Shown piece after piece: positions 1 to 9,728 of a stretch of 64,000 nucleotides of DNA. Origin of the DNA: a virus (taxonomy: Duplodnaviria > Caudoviricetes); IMG/VR virus record IMGVR_UViG_3300037501_000111, positions 276,342-340,341 of that record. One strand, given 5' to 3'. The notes below the pieces were generated by a model that was not told the DNA's origin, ran no database searches, and saw nothing but the letters and a program-made list of their open reading frames with translations. The position numbers and the translations under genes were made by a program. Position 1 is the first letter of the stretch. The number at the start of each line of letters is the position of its first letter.

Positions 1-360
1 GCCGCAGCGGTCTTTCAAGCCTACCTGGAAGACAAGGCTTGTGAGCACTTGGCAATCCTTCTGTTGGATGGGCAATCCAAGATGATTGGAATTGCCACCA
101 TCACCATCGGTGGGCTGGATCGCCTGTCTTGCTCAGTCCGAAGTGTCTTTGAGCACGTCATTGGTGGGCGGGCTCATGGCTTCATCCTGGGACATAACCA
201 TCCCAGCGGTAATGTCCAACCTTCTCCTGAGGATCTGGTTTTCACTCAGAGGGTGATGGAGGCTAGCGAAATCATTGGGGTTCCCATGCTGGACCACATC
301 ATCATCTCGTCTAGCACCAATCGGGACTCTTTGTCTTTCTTGGACAAGGGTTTGTTGTAA
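1..360 (+). CDS. RadC-like JAB domain protein (5' partial)
   Basis: Frame open from base 1; motifs EHLAILLLD, HNHPSG and DHII match the RadC/JAB metal-binding signature. Confidence 0.9.
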   Translation, partial: AAAVFQAYLEDKACEHLAILLLDGQSKMIGIATITIGGLDRLSCSVRSVFEHVIGGRAHGFILGHNHPSGNVQPSPEDLVFTQRVMEASEIIGVPMLDHIIISSSTNRDSLSFLDKGLL

Positions 361-380
361 GGCGGGACGCCTTCGGTAGT

Positions 381-392
381 TCCCATTCACGG
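381..392 (+). promoter_or_regulatory. Dispersed 13-bp motif copy 1 (TCCCATTCACGG)
   Basis: 20 nt after the RadC stop; followed by a GC hairpin at 413-441. Confidence 0.75.
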
Positions 393-495
393 CACATCGC
401 AAACGAAGCTCGGCCCGCTCCCGTCGTCAGATGGGGCGGGCTTGAGGCATTGAAAGAAAGGGAGCTGTTGCTCCCCATAACACAGGAGCAAAACA

Positions 496-672
496 ATGGA
501 AAACGTCAAGATGTTGGTCAACGGAACGAAGCTCACCATCGAGGTTGATCTCGCCCATCGTGGTGCGAAGTCTTCCACGGGCAAGACGATTCGAGTGGCG
601 AGCACGGAGGGCAACGTGGAGTGTCCCGAGCACCCGGCCATCAAGGTCGGTCTGAATGTGTTTACGAAGTAA
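496..672 (+). CDS. Small conserved hypothetical protein (MENVKMLVNGTKLTIEVDL...SSTGKTIRVASTEGN)
   Basis: Read manually (below ORF-track cutoff); AGGAG RBS at ~484; GC3-rich codons. Confidence 0.8.
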   Translation: MENVKMLVNGTKLTIEVDLAHRGAKSSTGKTIRVASTEGNVECPEHPAIKVGLNVFTK

Positions 673-748
673 TTCGTAGAACACGCTATCAAGGTTAGTG
701 GCCCCGTAACCTTGATAACAGATGATATATAGTTTCTTAGGAGACTAT

Positions 749-1085
749 ATGTCAGAGGATTCAAACCGGGGCCAAAAGTTAGAAGCCCATAGAAAAGCAG
801 CTAGAGAATGGGCAAAGCGAGACTACGAGAAAAACAGGAGATGCTAGAGTTGTCATGCGAAAGAAATGGCGACATGAGCACCCTGAATATGTCTTGCTAA
901 GAAACGCCAAGAGGCGTGCAAAAGAAAAAGGGTTAGAGTTTACCCTAACGGCAGAAGATATCCACATACCTGAAGTTTGTCCTTTACTCGGCATTTTTAT
1001 TCACCGTAATCTGAATGGCGATAAAGCAACGCCTAACAGTCCGACGTTGGATAGGATTGATTCAAGTAAAGGTTATACGAAGGAT
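749..1085 (+). pseudogene. Degenerate HNH-like homing endonuclease remnant
   Basis: AKRRAKEKGLEFTLT..CPLLG..SPTLDRIDSSKGYTKD; A-run frameshift near 833; truncated before the terminal Asn motif and run in frame into the gene starting at 1098. Confidence 0.7.
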
Positions 1086-1097
1086 GGAGAGAGAACG

Positions 1098-1358
1098 ATG
1101 ATCGCAATGCAGTCCGGTATGAAAGGTACGCTGACCGTCCAAGGAATCCCTTGGATGTACCTCAGCTACAACTCCAAGGTGGGCTTTGGTTTTGGCCGAC
1201 ATGCCATCATCTTTGACCTTCTGGCCAATTGCTACGTCATCAAAGAAAACGGAGAGACCGTTTTCGGATCAGGTTCCGTCTCAGAATGTTTGGAGCAAGC
1301 GGCTCCGATCGTCTGGGACTACTACGCCAACCAATTCACACCGTCCTGGGAAAAATGA
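1098..1358 (+). CDS. Hypothetical protein
   Basis: GGAGAG RBS then ATG at 1098; the ORF track fuses it to the HNH remnant. Confidence 0.65.
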   Translation: MIAMQSGMKGTLTVQGIPWMYLSYNSKVGFGFGRHAIIFDLLANCYVIKENGETVFGSGSVSECLEQAAPIVWDYYANQFTPSWEK

Positions 1359-1699
1359 AACAGAACATGATTTGCTACAACTGCAATATTGTGCTTGGTG
1401 AATGCAATGTTCGTTCCGAGAACTACACACGAGTTGGACTCCAAGTGGAGCGTTTCATTCGTGAGTATTCTCAATGCGAGATTCGCAGCGGCCAGAATGG
1501 TGGCCTCTTCAAGCGCTCGGCTGCGGGCGAAACGGAGACTCCCGAGGAAAAGAAAAAGCGGGAGTACAACGAGAACCCAAAGAACTTCGAGGCTATCAGG
1601 CCAGTATACTGTGAAGCCTGTGGGTGCACGTACAAGAATGGATGTAGCACACACCCATCCAATGTACAGATTCCACTGGTGAAACCGGCCAAGAAGTAA
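1355..1699 (+). CDS. Cys-rich hypothetical protein (CYNC...CEACGC)
   Basis: ATGA overlap with the upstream stop; paired CxxC motifs. Confidence 0.65.
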   Translation: MKQNMICYNCNIVLGECNVRSENYTRVGLQVERFIREYSQCEIRSGQNGGLFKRSAAGETETPEEKKKREYNENPKNFEAIRPVYCEACGCTYKNGCSTHPSNVQIPLVKPAKK

Positions 1700-1712
1700 C
1701 GAACGAACGGCG

Positions 1713-1725
1713 CTCCCATTCACGG
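1713..1725 (+). promoter_or_regulatory. Dispersed motif copy 2 (CTCCCATTCACGG)
   Basis: Exact copy 13 nt after the stop at 1699, upstream of gene 1789. Confidence 0.8.
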
Positions 1726-1788
1726 GGCGGCGGTGACGAAAACCGGGCAATCGCCCCAACAAGAAACAAAGCAACAGGAGAATCGAAC

Positions 1789-2235
1789 ATGGCATGGGAC
1801 AAGACGCCCGCTCAAAAGGATGCGGTCAAGGCGTTTCTGGTGACGGTGGATGGCAAGGTGGACCTGGAGGCCAGCGTGGAGAAGTACCGCGCGGTGTGTC
1901 GCCAGTATCTCGCCGGGCAGACGGCAGAGCAGGATCTGATCGCTCTCTGCATGGCGGAGCTGTTCGACCAGGCTCGTGGTGGCACCCGCAACATCGACTA
2001 CATCAAGAGCCAGACGGTTCAGCTCATGGCCAAGCGCCACCCGGAGCTGGCTGATCCGACTCTCTTCGCCATGCTGAGCGGTCGAGTGGAGGACTACCTC
2101 CACGCCAACTGCGACCAGCCGGCGGTGGCGGCCAAGGGCAACAAGCCTGCTCGTGAGGCCATCACGGGTCGGACGTACGCCAAGAAGATGGGCCAGGGCG
2201 GTGGCTTCTATCGGAAGTCCGACTACAAGGGCTGA
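1789..2235 (+). CDS. Paralog family A protein (putative winged-helix DNA-binding)
   Basis: Shares DGxVD..S, FAxLSxR..Y and GxGGG motifs with 10218 and 37672; AGGAG RBS; GC3-rich. Confidence 0.75.
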   Translation: MAWDKTPAQKDAVKAFLVTVDGKVDLEASVEKYRAVCRQYLAGQTAEQDLIALCMAELFDQARGGTRNIDYIKSQTVQLMAKRHPELADPTLFAMLSGRVEDYLHANCDQPAVAAKGNKPAREAITGRTYAKKMGQGGGFYRKSDYKG

Positions 2236-2521
2236 GGATAAGTGACCCCAAGGTGGAGCTGATCCACTTTCTCAAGAAATGGCTCCATCACAAGGCAGCC
2301 GATATTCTGCCAGCCCATCGATGATCTGGTGGAACGCCTGAAGGCTTGCTGGACTCGTCAGTGGTGTAAGGAAAACACGCCCAAGCATTGAGGCGTGGAA
2401 CGGAATCGGGTTTGGTGTAAGAGGCTGGCCAGTTGACAACGGATCAACGCAGCTAATCCCAAGTCAAAAACACCCTTTGTTTCCTGATTGGAATAGCGCC
2501 ACTCTCCCTGACAAAGACAGA

Positions 2522-2630
2522 GGAACGGTTAGCCAAATGGTCATGGTGAGTACGTTCGGGAGCATCTAGTGGAACTGACCAACCACTAAGACTATGGGTT
2601 CGACTCCCATTCACGGACAAGCGTTCGTGA
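2522..2630 (+). ncRNA. Degenerate tRNA-like element containing motif copy 3 (2604-2616)
   Basis: D-arm-like TAGCCAAATGGT and canonical T-arm ATGGG-TTCGACT-CCCAT; no clean acceptor or anticodon stem. Confidence 0.45.
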
Positions 2631-2670
2631 TGCTAGATGAGAGTGACGCTATTCTGCTCAGGAGATAGTC

Positions 2671-3030
2671 ATGTGCCCGCACAACACTGACAGCCATATC
2701 GAGTTATCCAAACTTCCCGCCCTCATCAAAGAGAAGGGATGGTCATGCTCAGAGATTCGTGGTTACTACGCCCACACTGAGCCTGGATGTTGGTTGCAGG
2801 GAGATTCTGGTTACGAGCGTAACGGTACTGCATTCCAAGTCATCGCACGAGAAGATGACTTGAAAGTCAGAGTTGGATGGCCAGGACAATTTACCACCAC
2901 CTATACTTGCTTCTCTGCAATGCAGGTGATGTGGTGGTTGGAGAGGATTCTGGCTTGTCGCACCTACAATGGTGAGCAGCGTAATGAATGCAAGCGCTGT
3001 GACCAAGAACCAGCTAATCAAGTGAGCTGA
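2671..3030 (+). CDS. Hypothetical protein
   Basis: GGAG RBS; co-oriented ORF. Confidence 0.6.
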   Translation: MCPHNTDSHIELSKLPALIKEKGWSCSEIRGYYAHTEPGCWLQGDSGYERNGTAFQVIAREDDLKVRVGWPGQFTTTYTCFSAMQVMWWLERILACRTYNGEQRNECKRCDQEPANQVS

Positions 3031-3031
3031 G

Positions 3032-3283
3032 ATGAAAGAGCTATCTTCTATATTCTTTCTTTTAGTTGGGTGTTCAGCTAGCTCTGAGCCAATCGTTCAC
3101 GATGGTCAGGATAGTGGATGTGATGATGCTTTCACAATGGAGGATGCTGAAACGTCCTCTTCTCGCGCGAACGAGTCAACTACCTCAGATGCATCATCAG
3201 GTGGTGGCAACAACACCAACCCTCCAACTCAAGGTTGTTGCAAGTGGTACAACAAAACTTGCGTACAACCATGTGTTAGATAA
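3032..3283 (+). CDS. Putative lipoprotein
   Basis: N-terminal MKELSSIFFLLVGC resembles a lipobox. Confidence 0.5.
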   Translation: MKELSSIFFLLVGCSASSEPIVHDGQDSGCDDAFTMEDAETSSSRANESTTSDASSGGGNNTNPPTQGCCKWYNKTCVQPCVR

Positions 3284-3433
3284 AGCACAACTGGTGGACC
3301 AGATCACTGGGGAGAACATGTGTTGTGCAGTGGAACAATGGGCTACCAGAGAGTCTGGCCTGATGAAGTTCCACATAAAGACAAGTTGACTCTTGCAGTG
3401 GTTACAAGACGCATTACAGAAGTAAAGGCCGTC

Positions 3434-3697
3434 ATGAAGGAATCGTTTTACTTGGCTCTCGGTCTTTGGCTGCTGGTAGTTGGTTGCCTGAAACCACTTC
3501 CTTCTGAGACCACTCCAGTAATGATAGTTGAGATCAAACCTCTTCCTCCAACTAAGGTCTATGGTGAGATTGTTTCAGTAGAGATAATCGAATCGCCTAT
3601 CAAGACCTGGCTATCTAAAGAAGAGATAGAAGAGAAACGCCTTCAACAAAAAAATCCTTGTGCGAAAGGCGACCCACTCTGCGATGTCATTCCCTAA
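3434..3697 (+). CDS. Putative lipoprotein
   Basis: MKESFYLALGLWLLVVGC signal/lipobox-like start. Confidence 0.5.
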   Translation: MKESFYLALGLWLLVVGCLKPLPSETTPVMIVEIKPLPPTKVYGEIVSVEIIESPIKTWLSKEEIEEKRLQQKNPCAKGDPLCDVIP

Positions 3698-3827
3698 CCT
3701 CACACACGTAGCCATCAGACAGGGTGGAGTTGTATAATCCTTACCTTCTCCTAATAGACACCTCACTGGTACGAACACAACGGAGATATTTGCTCCTATT
3801 GTGAGGAACACAATTACCAGTGAGGGG

Positions 3828-3840
3828 CTCCCATTCACCG
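3828..3840 (+). promoter_or_regulatory. Dispersed motif copy 4 (CTCCCATTCACCG)
   Basis: 20 nt upstream of ATG 3861. Confidence 0.8.
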
Positions 3841-3860
3841 CACGAACGAGGAACGAAACC

Positions 3861-4253
3861 ATGAGTGATATCATCGAATTGACGTACAAGAATGATGAGG
3901 CTGAGGAAATTACCCTGAAGGTTCCGTCCAAGATGGAAGTCTGCTATGACTGTGAAGGTCATGGCACGGTTCTCAACGAATCGATGCGGTATCATGCTTA
4001 TACCTCGGAAGACGAGGAGATGCATGATCCGGAATTCCTTGAGGAATACTTCAAGCGGGGCGGAATCTATGATGTCCAGTGTCCGACTTGCAAGGGCAAG
4101 AATGTCCTTGCGGTTCCTGACGAAGAGGCCATCAACAAGAACGAAGCACTCAAGGCCGAATACGAGAAGTACACGGAGTGGAAGGAAGATTCGGACCGTG
4201 CTGATGCAGAGTATGAGGCTCTGTGTCGGATGGAACGGATGATGGGCTGCTAA
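3861..4253 (+). CDS. Phage protein with DnaJ-type CxxCxGxG zinc motifs
   Basis: CYDCEGHG and CPTCKGK; GAGGA RBS. Confidence 0.7.
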   Translation: MSDIIELTYKNDEAEEITLKVPSKMEVCYDCEGHGTVLNESMRYHAYTSEDEEMHDPEFLEEYFKRGGIYDVQCPTCKGKNVLAVPDEEAINKNEALKAEYEKYTEWKEDSDRADAEYEALCRMERMMGC

Positions 4254-4544
4254 ATGGACATCCATGAGCTGTCGCTAACGATGGGTCGTCCCGTGGCGGT
4301 AATGGGTTTGGATGGCGACAACGATAAGCACATTATGGTTGTTGTTTGTTTGAATCCGCCCGAAGCCTACGTCAACAAAGACAACAAGCATATTGGTCAC
4401 ATCATCGCAGCCAAAGTAGTCCCGGTCAAGGATGCTGCAATCCTTTCGGAACGAGAACATACGGCAGTTATCAGGGCACACTTTGCCTTGAAGGTTGCTT
4501 TAGAGGGCGCATATGCTGTACCACCTCCTGATCAATACTGCTAA
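4254..4544 (+). CDS. Hypothetical protein
   Basis: Abuts the upstream stop. Confidence 0.55.
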   Translation: MDIHELSLTMGRPVAVMGLDGDNDKHIMVVVCLNPPEAYVNKDNKHIGHIIAAKVVPVKDAAILSEREHTAVIRAHFALKVALEGAYAVPPPDQYC

Positions 4545-4800
4545 TCTCATCTACCTCGCATCCTATACTGCCAAAGACATCAAGTTTTTGCGATGGTTGA
4601 CGATTGCTGGCATCATCCTTCTGATTCCCTACTACCTGTATACTATGGTCTTTAGGAAGCAACCGCCTCCAAAGAGTCACATACAGATGGTATCTTTTGG
4701 CAAGATCCATCTGGTCATCTAGTCCATATTTCTGGATGGTACAACCGAGTCCAAATCAGCAATCGCTATGACACTCTCTGGTCTTACGCTCAAAATTGAG

Positions 4801-4941
4801 ATGTCCAAGAAGAAGAAGAAGAAACACGAGCCGCCTAAAAAGCATCGTAAGTACATTCTCATTGAGGGGTATGTACTCAATGAAAAAACTGGTGAGTTGG
4901 AACCATACTATAAAAAAGTATATCCTAAACACAAGGTATAG
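4801..4941 (+). CDS. Small basic protein (MSKKKKKKHEPP...)
   Basis: Read manually; 46 aa; stop lies 3 nt before motif copy 5. Confidence 0.55.
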   Translation: MSKKKKKKHEPPKKHRKYILIEGYVLNEKTGELEPYYKKVYPKHKV

Positions 4942-4944
4942 CGG

Positions 4945-4957
4945 CTCCCATTCACCG
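4945..4957 (+). promoter_or_regulatory. Dispersed motif copy 5 (CTCCCATTCACCG)
   Basis: Between the stop at 4941 and ATG 4977. Confidence 0.8.
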
Positions 4958-4976
4958 CACGTCGGGAGCAACCGTC

Positions 4977-5258
4977 ATGAGCGAACTACGAAGGAGCACT
5001 ATCAGACGTCTCCGAGAAGAACGAAATGAGCTTCAAAAGAGAGTCTACGCTCTCAATGACTCTATCAAAGAGTTGCAACTACTAGAAGACAAGGAACAAC
5101 ATCCTTGTACATGTGTAAAGCTCAATGGTGACATTGAGATTTATAACATGCAAGAACAAGAGCGACGTGGAAGGGTTCCTTTGGACTTAGGATTGGTCTC
5201 AGAGTGCCTAAGTGCTCGTAAAGACTGCCCTATCTGTAAGGGAACTGGCAAGCCATGA
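4977..5258 (+). CDS. Coiled-coil plus Zn-finger hypothetical protein
   Basis: CTC and CPICKGTG; GGGAG RBS. Confidence 0.65.
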   Translation: MSELRRSTIRRLREERNELQKRVYALNDSIKELQLLEDKEQHPCTCVKLNGDIEIYNMQEQERRGRVPLDLGLVSECLSARKDCPICKGTGKP

Positions 5259-5842
5259 ATCATTGGTTTATCAGCGATACCCACTTTGGGCATGCGAACA
5301 TCATCAAATATTCCAATCGTCCTTTCAAGGATGTGGATGAGATGAATGAGTTGATGATCCAAGAGTGGAACAAGTTGGTCAAGCCAAATGATGCGGTCTA
5401 CCATAACGGTGACTTTGCATTCATGACTTTCGACAAGTTTCGCCTGATGCATCGGCGCCTCAATGGAGATATCTATCTCCAGCTTGGTAATCATGACAAG
5501 ATGATTATCCAGCATAAGACGGATCTTCTCAAGCAAGGGAAGATTGTCAGCATCGAAAACTACCGCGAGTTGAAGATAGGTGGTCACATGATCGTCCTCT
5601 TTCACTACGGTCAAAGAGTGTGGAACAAGTCGCATCACGGAAGTATCCATCTCTATGGACATTCCCACGGTTCATTGCCACCATTTGGCAAGTCAGTAGA
5701 TGCCGGTGTAGACTGCAAAGAGATCACTCACGAGTATCGGCCGATTCACTTGGACGAAGTACTCAAGTACATGTCTAAGCGAGAACAATCAGTAGTCGAT
5801 CATCACGGTACTCGTGACGAAATGGGCAGCAAGGAAGACTGA
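5255..5842 (+). CDS. Calcineurin-like metallophosphoesterase
   Basis: SDTH, GD, GNHD, FHY and GHSHG motifs. Confidence 0.92.
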   Translation: MNHWFISDTHFGHANIIKYSNRPFKDVDEMNELMIQEWNKLVKPNDAVYHNGDFAFMTFDKFRLMHRRLNGDIYLQLGNHDKMIIQHKTDLLKQGKIVSIENYRELKIGGHMIVLFHYGQRVWNKSHHGSIHLYGHSHGSLPPFGKSVDAGVDCKEITHEYRPIHLDEVLKYMSKREQSVVDHHGTRDEMGSKED

Positions 5843-5843
5843 G

Positions 5844-6050
5844 ATGACTCATTCCGACTTCAAGATTGGCGAAACATTCTTCACATCCAATGGATGGCAA
5901 TGGTTGTGTACCGACAAGGGAACACGAGTGATTGTTGCCGTCCATATAGAAGAAGGACGTGACCCATCTTGGTTGAGCGGGCCTCCTTACGCAGTAGCTG
6001 AGGTGGTATTCGATGAGCACGACTTCTCTTCCTGCACCCAAACGCCATAA
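5844..6050 (+). CDS. Hypothetical protein
   Basis: FKIGETF..WLCTDKGTRVIVA; co-oriented. Confidence 0.6.
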   Translation: MTHSDFKIGETFFTSNGWQWLCTDKGTRVIVAVHIEEGRDPSWLSGPPYAVAEVVFDEHDFSSCTQTP

Positions 6051-6144
6051 AAACAAACCTAATCTCAACCTGTGCCGGTCATTCCATGAGTAACGTTCTC
6101 AAAATCGAAAACCATAAGTCAATTCTGAGTGCTTCTCGAATCGT

Positions 6145-6333
6145 TTGGTCAGAAGGCTGCGCCCCATGCGTGTGGTTCTTCGTGATAACGGTGGAGAATT
6201 CGTTACTCATCTGGAAGTTTTGGACTTGGAGGATGGTACTTTCAAGCACAGCGATTTTCTACATGGTCACTACTTCGGCAAAGATGGTAATAAGGCTATG
6301 GCCGATTACCAAGAGCGCCGGGCGAAGCTGTAG
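6145..6333 (+). CDS. Hypothetical protein
   Basis: GEFVTH..GHYF; stop directly before motif copy 6. Confidence 0.6.
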   Translation: MVRRLRPMRVVLRDNGGEFVTHLEVLDLEDGTFKHSDFLHGHYFGKDGNKAMADYQERRAKL

Positions 6334-6334
6334 G

Positions 6335-6347
6335 CTCCCATTCACGG
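6335..6347 (+). promoter_or_regulatory. Dispersed motif copy 6 (CTCCCATTCACGG)
   Basis: 1 nt after TAG 6333; 19 nt before ATG 6367. Confidence 0.8.
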
Positions 6348-6366
6348 TTCGCGGTTGGAGGGCGGC

Positions 6367-7194
6367 ATGAGCAAGTTTCTTCTGACTGACTGGGAAATCA
6401 ATGGGTACGATGACTCTGACTTCATGGCATCGTACTATGATGATAAGACCAATACCATCGGATTCACCTGCTACGGCAGTACCCGATATCCATCTGCTAC
6501 TGTTATCGGTCATAACACCGATGGTTCTACTTCGGTAGTGGTGGATGGTGAGAATCTTCTCATGCCCAACTCTGATACGGTTGAGAAGGCTCGTTTGGTT
6601 CTGGAAGAAAACATCTTTCAACGTCTCACTAAGACTGACAAGCGCTTGGTGGATGAACCTGATGTGGAGGATCTCTCTAAGGGCCTTCGTGTTCGGCTGA
6701 CTGCCAATGCTCGTATGCAGGTTCGCGCTCTGGAGCCTTGCAATAAGTGCAATGGTTCTGGTAAATGGGTCAATCCTCGACGAGAGACTGACATTCGTGA
6801 CTGTTTCTCTTGTGGTGGTTCTGGTCAGCACAAGGGCGCCAAGGTCAAAGGCGAGGATGGTAAGCAGGCTTACGAGACTCTGCCTGCCGGACTTACAGGT
6901 ACCGTGGTGGATTGGAACAGCTTCGGCCAGTTCTACGCTTCGGGCTATAACAAGCCCAATCGACACAACACTACAGTTCAGTTCCGTACAGACCATGGCA
7001 AGGTAGTCCGGGCTAGTCTGTCCAAGTTGCGGCTGGATCGCGACTATCAACCTGCTGAGTCCCTTCGTGAGAGAGCTAAGAAGCTCTCTTTCGATTATCA
7101 GTTCAGCGCTCTGTATCCTCGTTTTGCGTGGGATACTCGGAACTATGCGATGCAGGTAGCAAAAAAACATGAGAACCAGATTCATTCTGCCTAA
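6367..7194 (+). CDS. Phage protein with DnaJ-type Zn finger
   Basis: CNKCNGSG and CFSCGGSG; GGAGG RBS. Confidence 0.75.
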   Translation: MSKFLLTDWEINGYDDSDFMASYYDDKTNTIGFTCYGSTRYPSATVIGHNTDGSTSVVVDGENLLMPNSDTVEKARLVLEENIFQRLTKTDKRLVDEPDVEDLSKGLRVRLTANARMQVRALEPCNKCNGSGKWVNPRRETDIRDCFSCGGSGQHKGAKVKGEDGKQAYETLPAGLTGTVVDWNSFGQFYASGYNKPNRHNTTVQFRTDHGKVVRASLSKLRLDRDYQPAESLRERAKKLSFDYQFSALYPRFAWDTRNYAMQVAKKHENQIHSA

Positions 7195-7411
7195 TGGTAA
7201 GACAACAATTTCATCCAAAACGTATCTTACGGCTTGGAGAAAGTTGTATCGTCCTATCGAAAAGGCGACCGATTCCAAGTGCTTTGGGTTTGACCCTGGA
7301 TTATCTTTCGTAACGGAAGATGGCAAGTACGTTTGGGGTCTAGGGAAATATGAAGCAATTCGCCTTAGTGAAGCTCTTCAGCTAAGACGCGGCTAAATCT
7401 GTAGGGTTGTC

Positions 7412-8128
7412 ATGAAGTTCGATCTTTCCAAGACGTTCGATGTTACCAAGATTACTCACAAAAGCCGTATCCTGGTGGGTGCGGTTCAGGTCAACAAGCC
7501 CTTCATCTACCACGATGCCAGTTACGAATGTGCGGCGTGGTGGGAAGATCGTGAAGCTCAGACTGGAGTGTATCCGGTCTATCTTTCTCGAAGATATCAC
7601 CACCCCAAGCATCTGACCATCACGGCTCACATCAAGGCTAAAGTGGTGGACGATTACTTTCCTGGCCTCTGGGGAGGTATACCCTACAAGCCCAAGCACA
7701 TTGGGGAGGAGCGAATCATTCGCCAGGGTATCGAGGTGGTGGATGCCATCGAACGGACTGGCAACTCTCCGGGTAGTGACCTGGATTGGTTCATCCACCC
7801 TTCGTGGTGGAAGGTGTTCACGGATGAGGCTGAGGCCGAGCTTCGTGAGAACTACCGCAGACTGTCGGAATTCTGGAACGAGTGGAATAATCTCGACCCC
7901 CAGACCTTCAAGGCAAAGATGGATGGTCGCTGGGAATTTGATGATGAGTTTCGTTCCAAGATTGGAATGATTGCTCACTTCGGAGGTCACTTGGAAAAGT
8001 GGGCACGTCGAATCGAGAAGATTAACTGGTGCTCTCAGTATCACAAAGTGGGTGGAAAGTACGATACGGAGTATCAGCGCAACAACTTCGCTCAGAATAC
8101 TGAGTGGACTAAGGCACTCGAAATCTAA
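7412..8128 (+). CDS. Hypothetical protein
   Basis: 238-aa co-oriented ORF. Confidence 0.75.
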   Translation: MKFDLSKTFDVTKITHKSRILVGAVQVNKPFIYHDASYECAAWWEDREAQTGVYPVYLSRRYHHPKHLTITAHIKAKVVDDYFPGLWGGIPYKPKHIGEERIIRQGIEVVDAIERTGNSPGSDLDWFIHPSWWKVFTDEAEAELRENYRRLSEFWNEWNNLDPQTFKAKMDGRWEFDDEFRSKIGMIAHFGGHLEKWARRIEKINWCSQYHKVGGKYDTEYQRNNFAQNTEWTKALEI

Positions 8129-8964
8129 GCATACACATGAAAGCATACATTTTCCTGAAGGATGGTCAGAAAGAGGAACAACTTCTCGCCAAAGTGGAGA
8201 ATTTGGAAGTTGTTCCTTGTGGTATCTATGTTATTGATGGTGTAGAGTACCAGTACACCGGGCAACCCACCTTCATCATCGAGAAGACCCCTTATCTATA
8301 TGGTGGTAAACATCAATTGACTAGGGTGGAATTCTCTGTGGAGAAGGTTGGAGAGGTCAAGCGACAAGGCGACATGTAAGGTGCGTGAATTCTTCATTGT
8401 ATTCAGTGTATTGATGGCATTATTTACATGGTGGTGTGGCTGGACAGGCCAACCTCGTAAAACATGCGGCCTCAACATGCTGAATACTTTGCTCAGCTTG
8501 GAACTTATTAGAGTGTACGGAGAGAAAGAAAAAGACAATGGGTGATAAAGTCAAGGGCTGGCATAGTCGTAAACCTAAGAAGCACGGACAGTATTCCGAA
8601 AAGAAGAATCGTCCATTGCGCCCTGATCAAGACAAACGTAATCCCTCAAAGGATTCACGTGGAGATTACAGAAATGGCCGTTATGTTCAGTGGGATTCGG
8701 ACGAGCGCGAGTACGATTTCGGAGACTAGCCATAATGAAAGACGCAATTTGGGTCTTCAAGTCTTTCGGTTTTAGGTCCGGAATACTCTTTGTCCTTGGT
8801 TCCATCGGTACGAAAATCAGGCGCCTTTTCGTCTGATGAAGAGGCTCGGCAAGTCGCCGCCCAGTTTGGCATTTTTCCTGGACAAACCAGGCATATACTG
8901 AACTATCAATTCAACGAAGAAAACGAAAACAGAACGTTACACTAGTCTCAACAAAGGAAATAAC

Positions 8965-9273
8965 ATGCGATTCACAACGATCAGCGGTTCGATTTACGAG
9001 GTGGATCGAAAGAACAAGAAGATTCGACGCCTCAATGGCAATGCCGATCCTACCCCTCGTCAGGGCAAAGATGGTGAGTGGCGTGGTTATCTCAACGAGC
9101 TTCACATTGAAGTTGGTCAGCCTGTCGTTATTGCATGGGCCGATGCTCATCAACTAACAGAGGAAACCATGTCTCTTCTTGGAATCTCCGAGAAGGAAGC
9201 ACCTCCTCCTATGCCTGGTAGAACTACTTTCACTTCCCGAGTGGTAGAGATCGACGACAAAGTTTACCACTAA
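8965..9273 (+). CDS. Hypothetical protein
   Basis: AAGGA RBS; MRFTTISGSIYEVD. Confidence 0.65.
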   Translation: MRFTTISGSIYEVDRKNKKIRRLNGNADPTPRQGKDGEWRGYLNELHIEVGQPVVIAWADAHQLTEETMSLLGISEKEAPPPMPGRTTFTSRVVEIDDKVYH

Positions 9274-9494
9274 TCAGTATTGGGATATAATCCCATAAGG
9301 TTAGGAAAGTGTTTCGTGTATATGGTGCGCCAACAAGGAAAAATAATAGTCTCATTCACTATGTTTGTGGATGCATGGCTCTATGTGTTCTTGGAACTAG
9401 AATCGTATGCACGGATTGTTGGGCCAGAGGGTATCTGGATAATCAATCCTGGTAAACACTCGGTAAACTAAAAGACTTAGCCGCTACATAATCT

Positions 9495-9692
9495 GCGGGT
9501 ATTCGAAAATTCCGCTGACACTGTAACGGCTCCCATTCACGGCAACCGCTAGCCGATTGCCGTGAATCGCTTACGAAAACGGGGCACACGAGCCCCATTG
9601 AATGACGGAGCTAAATCTCCTCAGAGAGATGACGTAACGGCAGACGATGCCGGCTCCTAACTACCTCGTCTCATGACGAGGCAATCTTTTCT
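9495..9692 (+). ncRNA. Candidate structured RNA containing motif copy 7 (9530-9542)
   Basis: Non-coding; stems ATTCACGGCAA/TTGCCGTGAAT, GGGGC/GCCCC, GGAG/CTCC and CCTCGTC/GACGAGG. Confidence 0.5.
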
Positions 9693-9728
9693 TACAATGC
9701 GACGAGTAACGTAGATGTGATGAAATCC

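Noticed and set aside
855-1358. HNH fusion protein of 167 aa
   Set aside because: An internal RBS and ATG at 1098 and a truncated nuclease motif indicate a remnant abutting a separate gene.
6259-8146. Long minus-strand ORFs (355 aa and 254 aa; also 15392-16543)
   Set aside because: They are antisense shadows of + strand genes that have RBSs and recognisable motifs; no motif support of their own.
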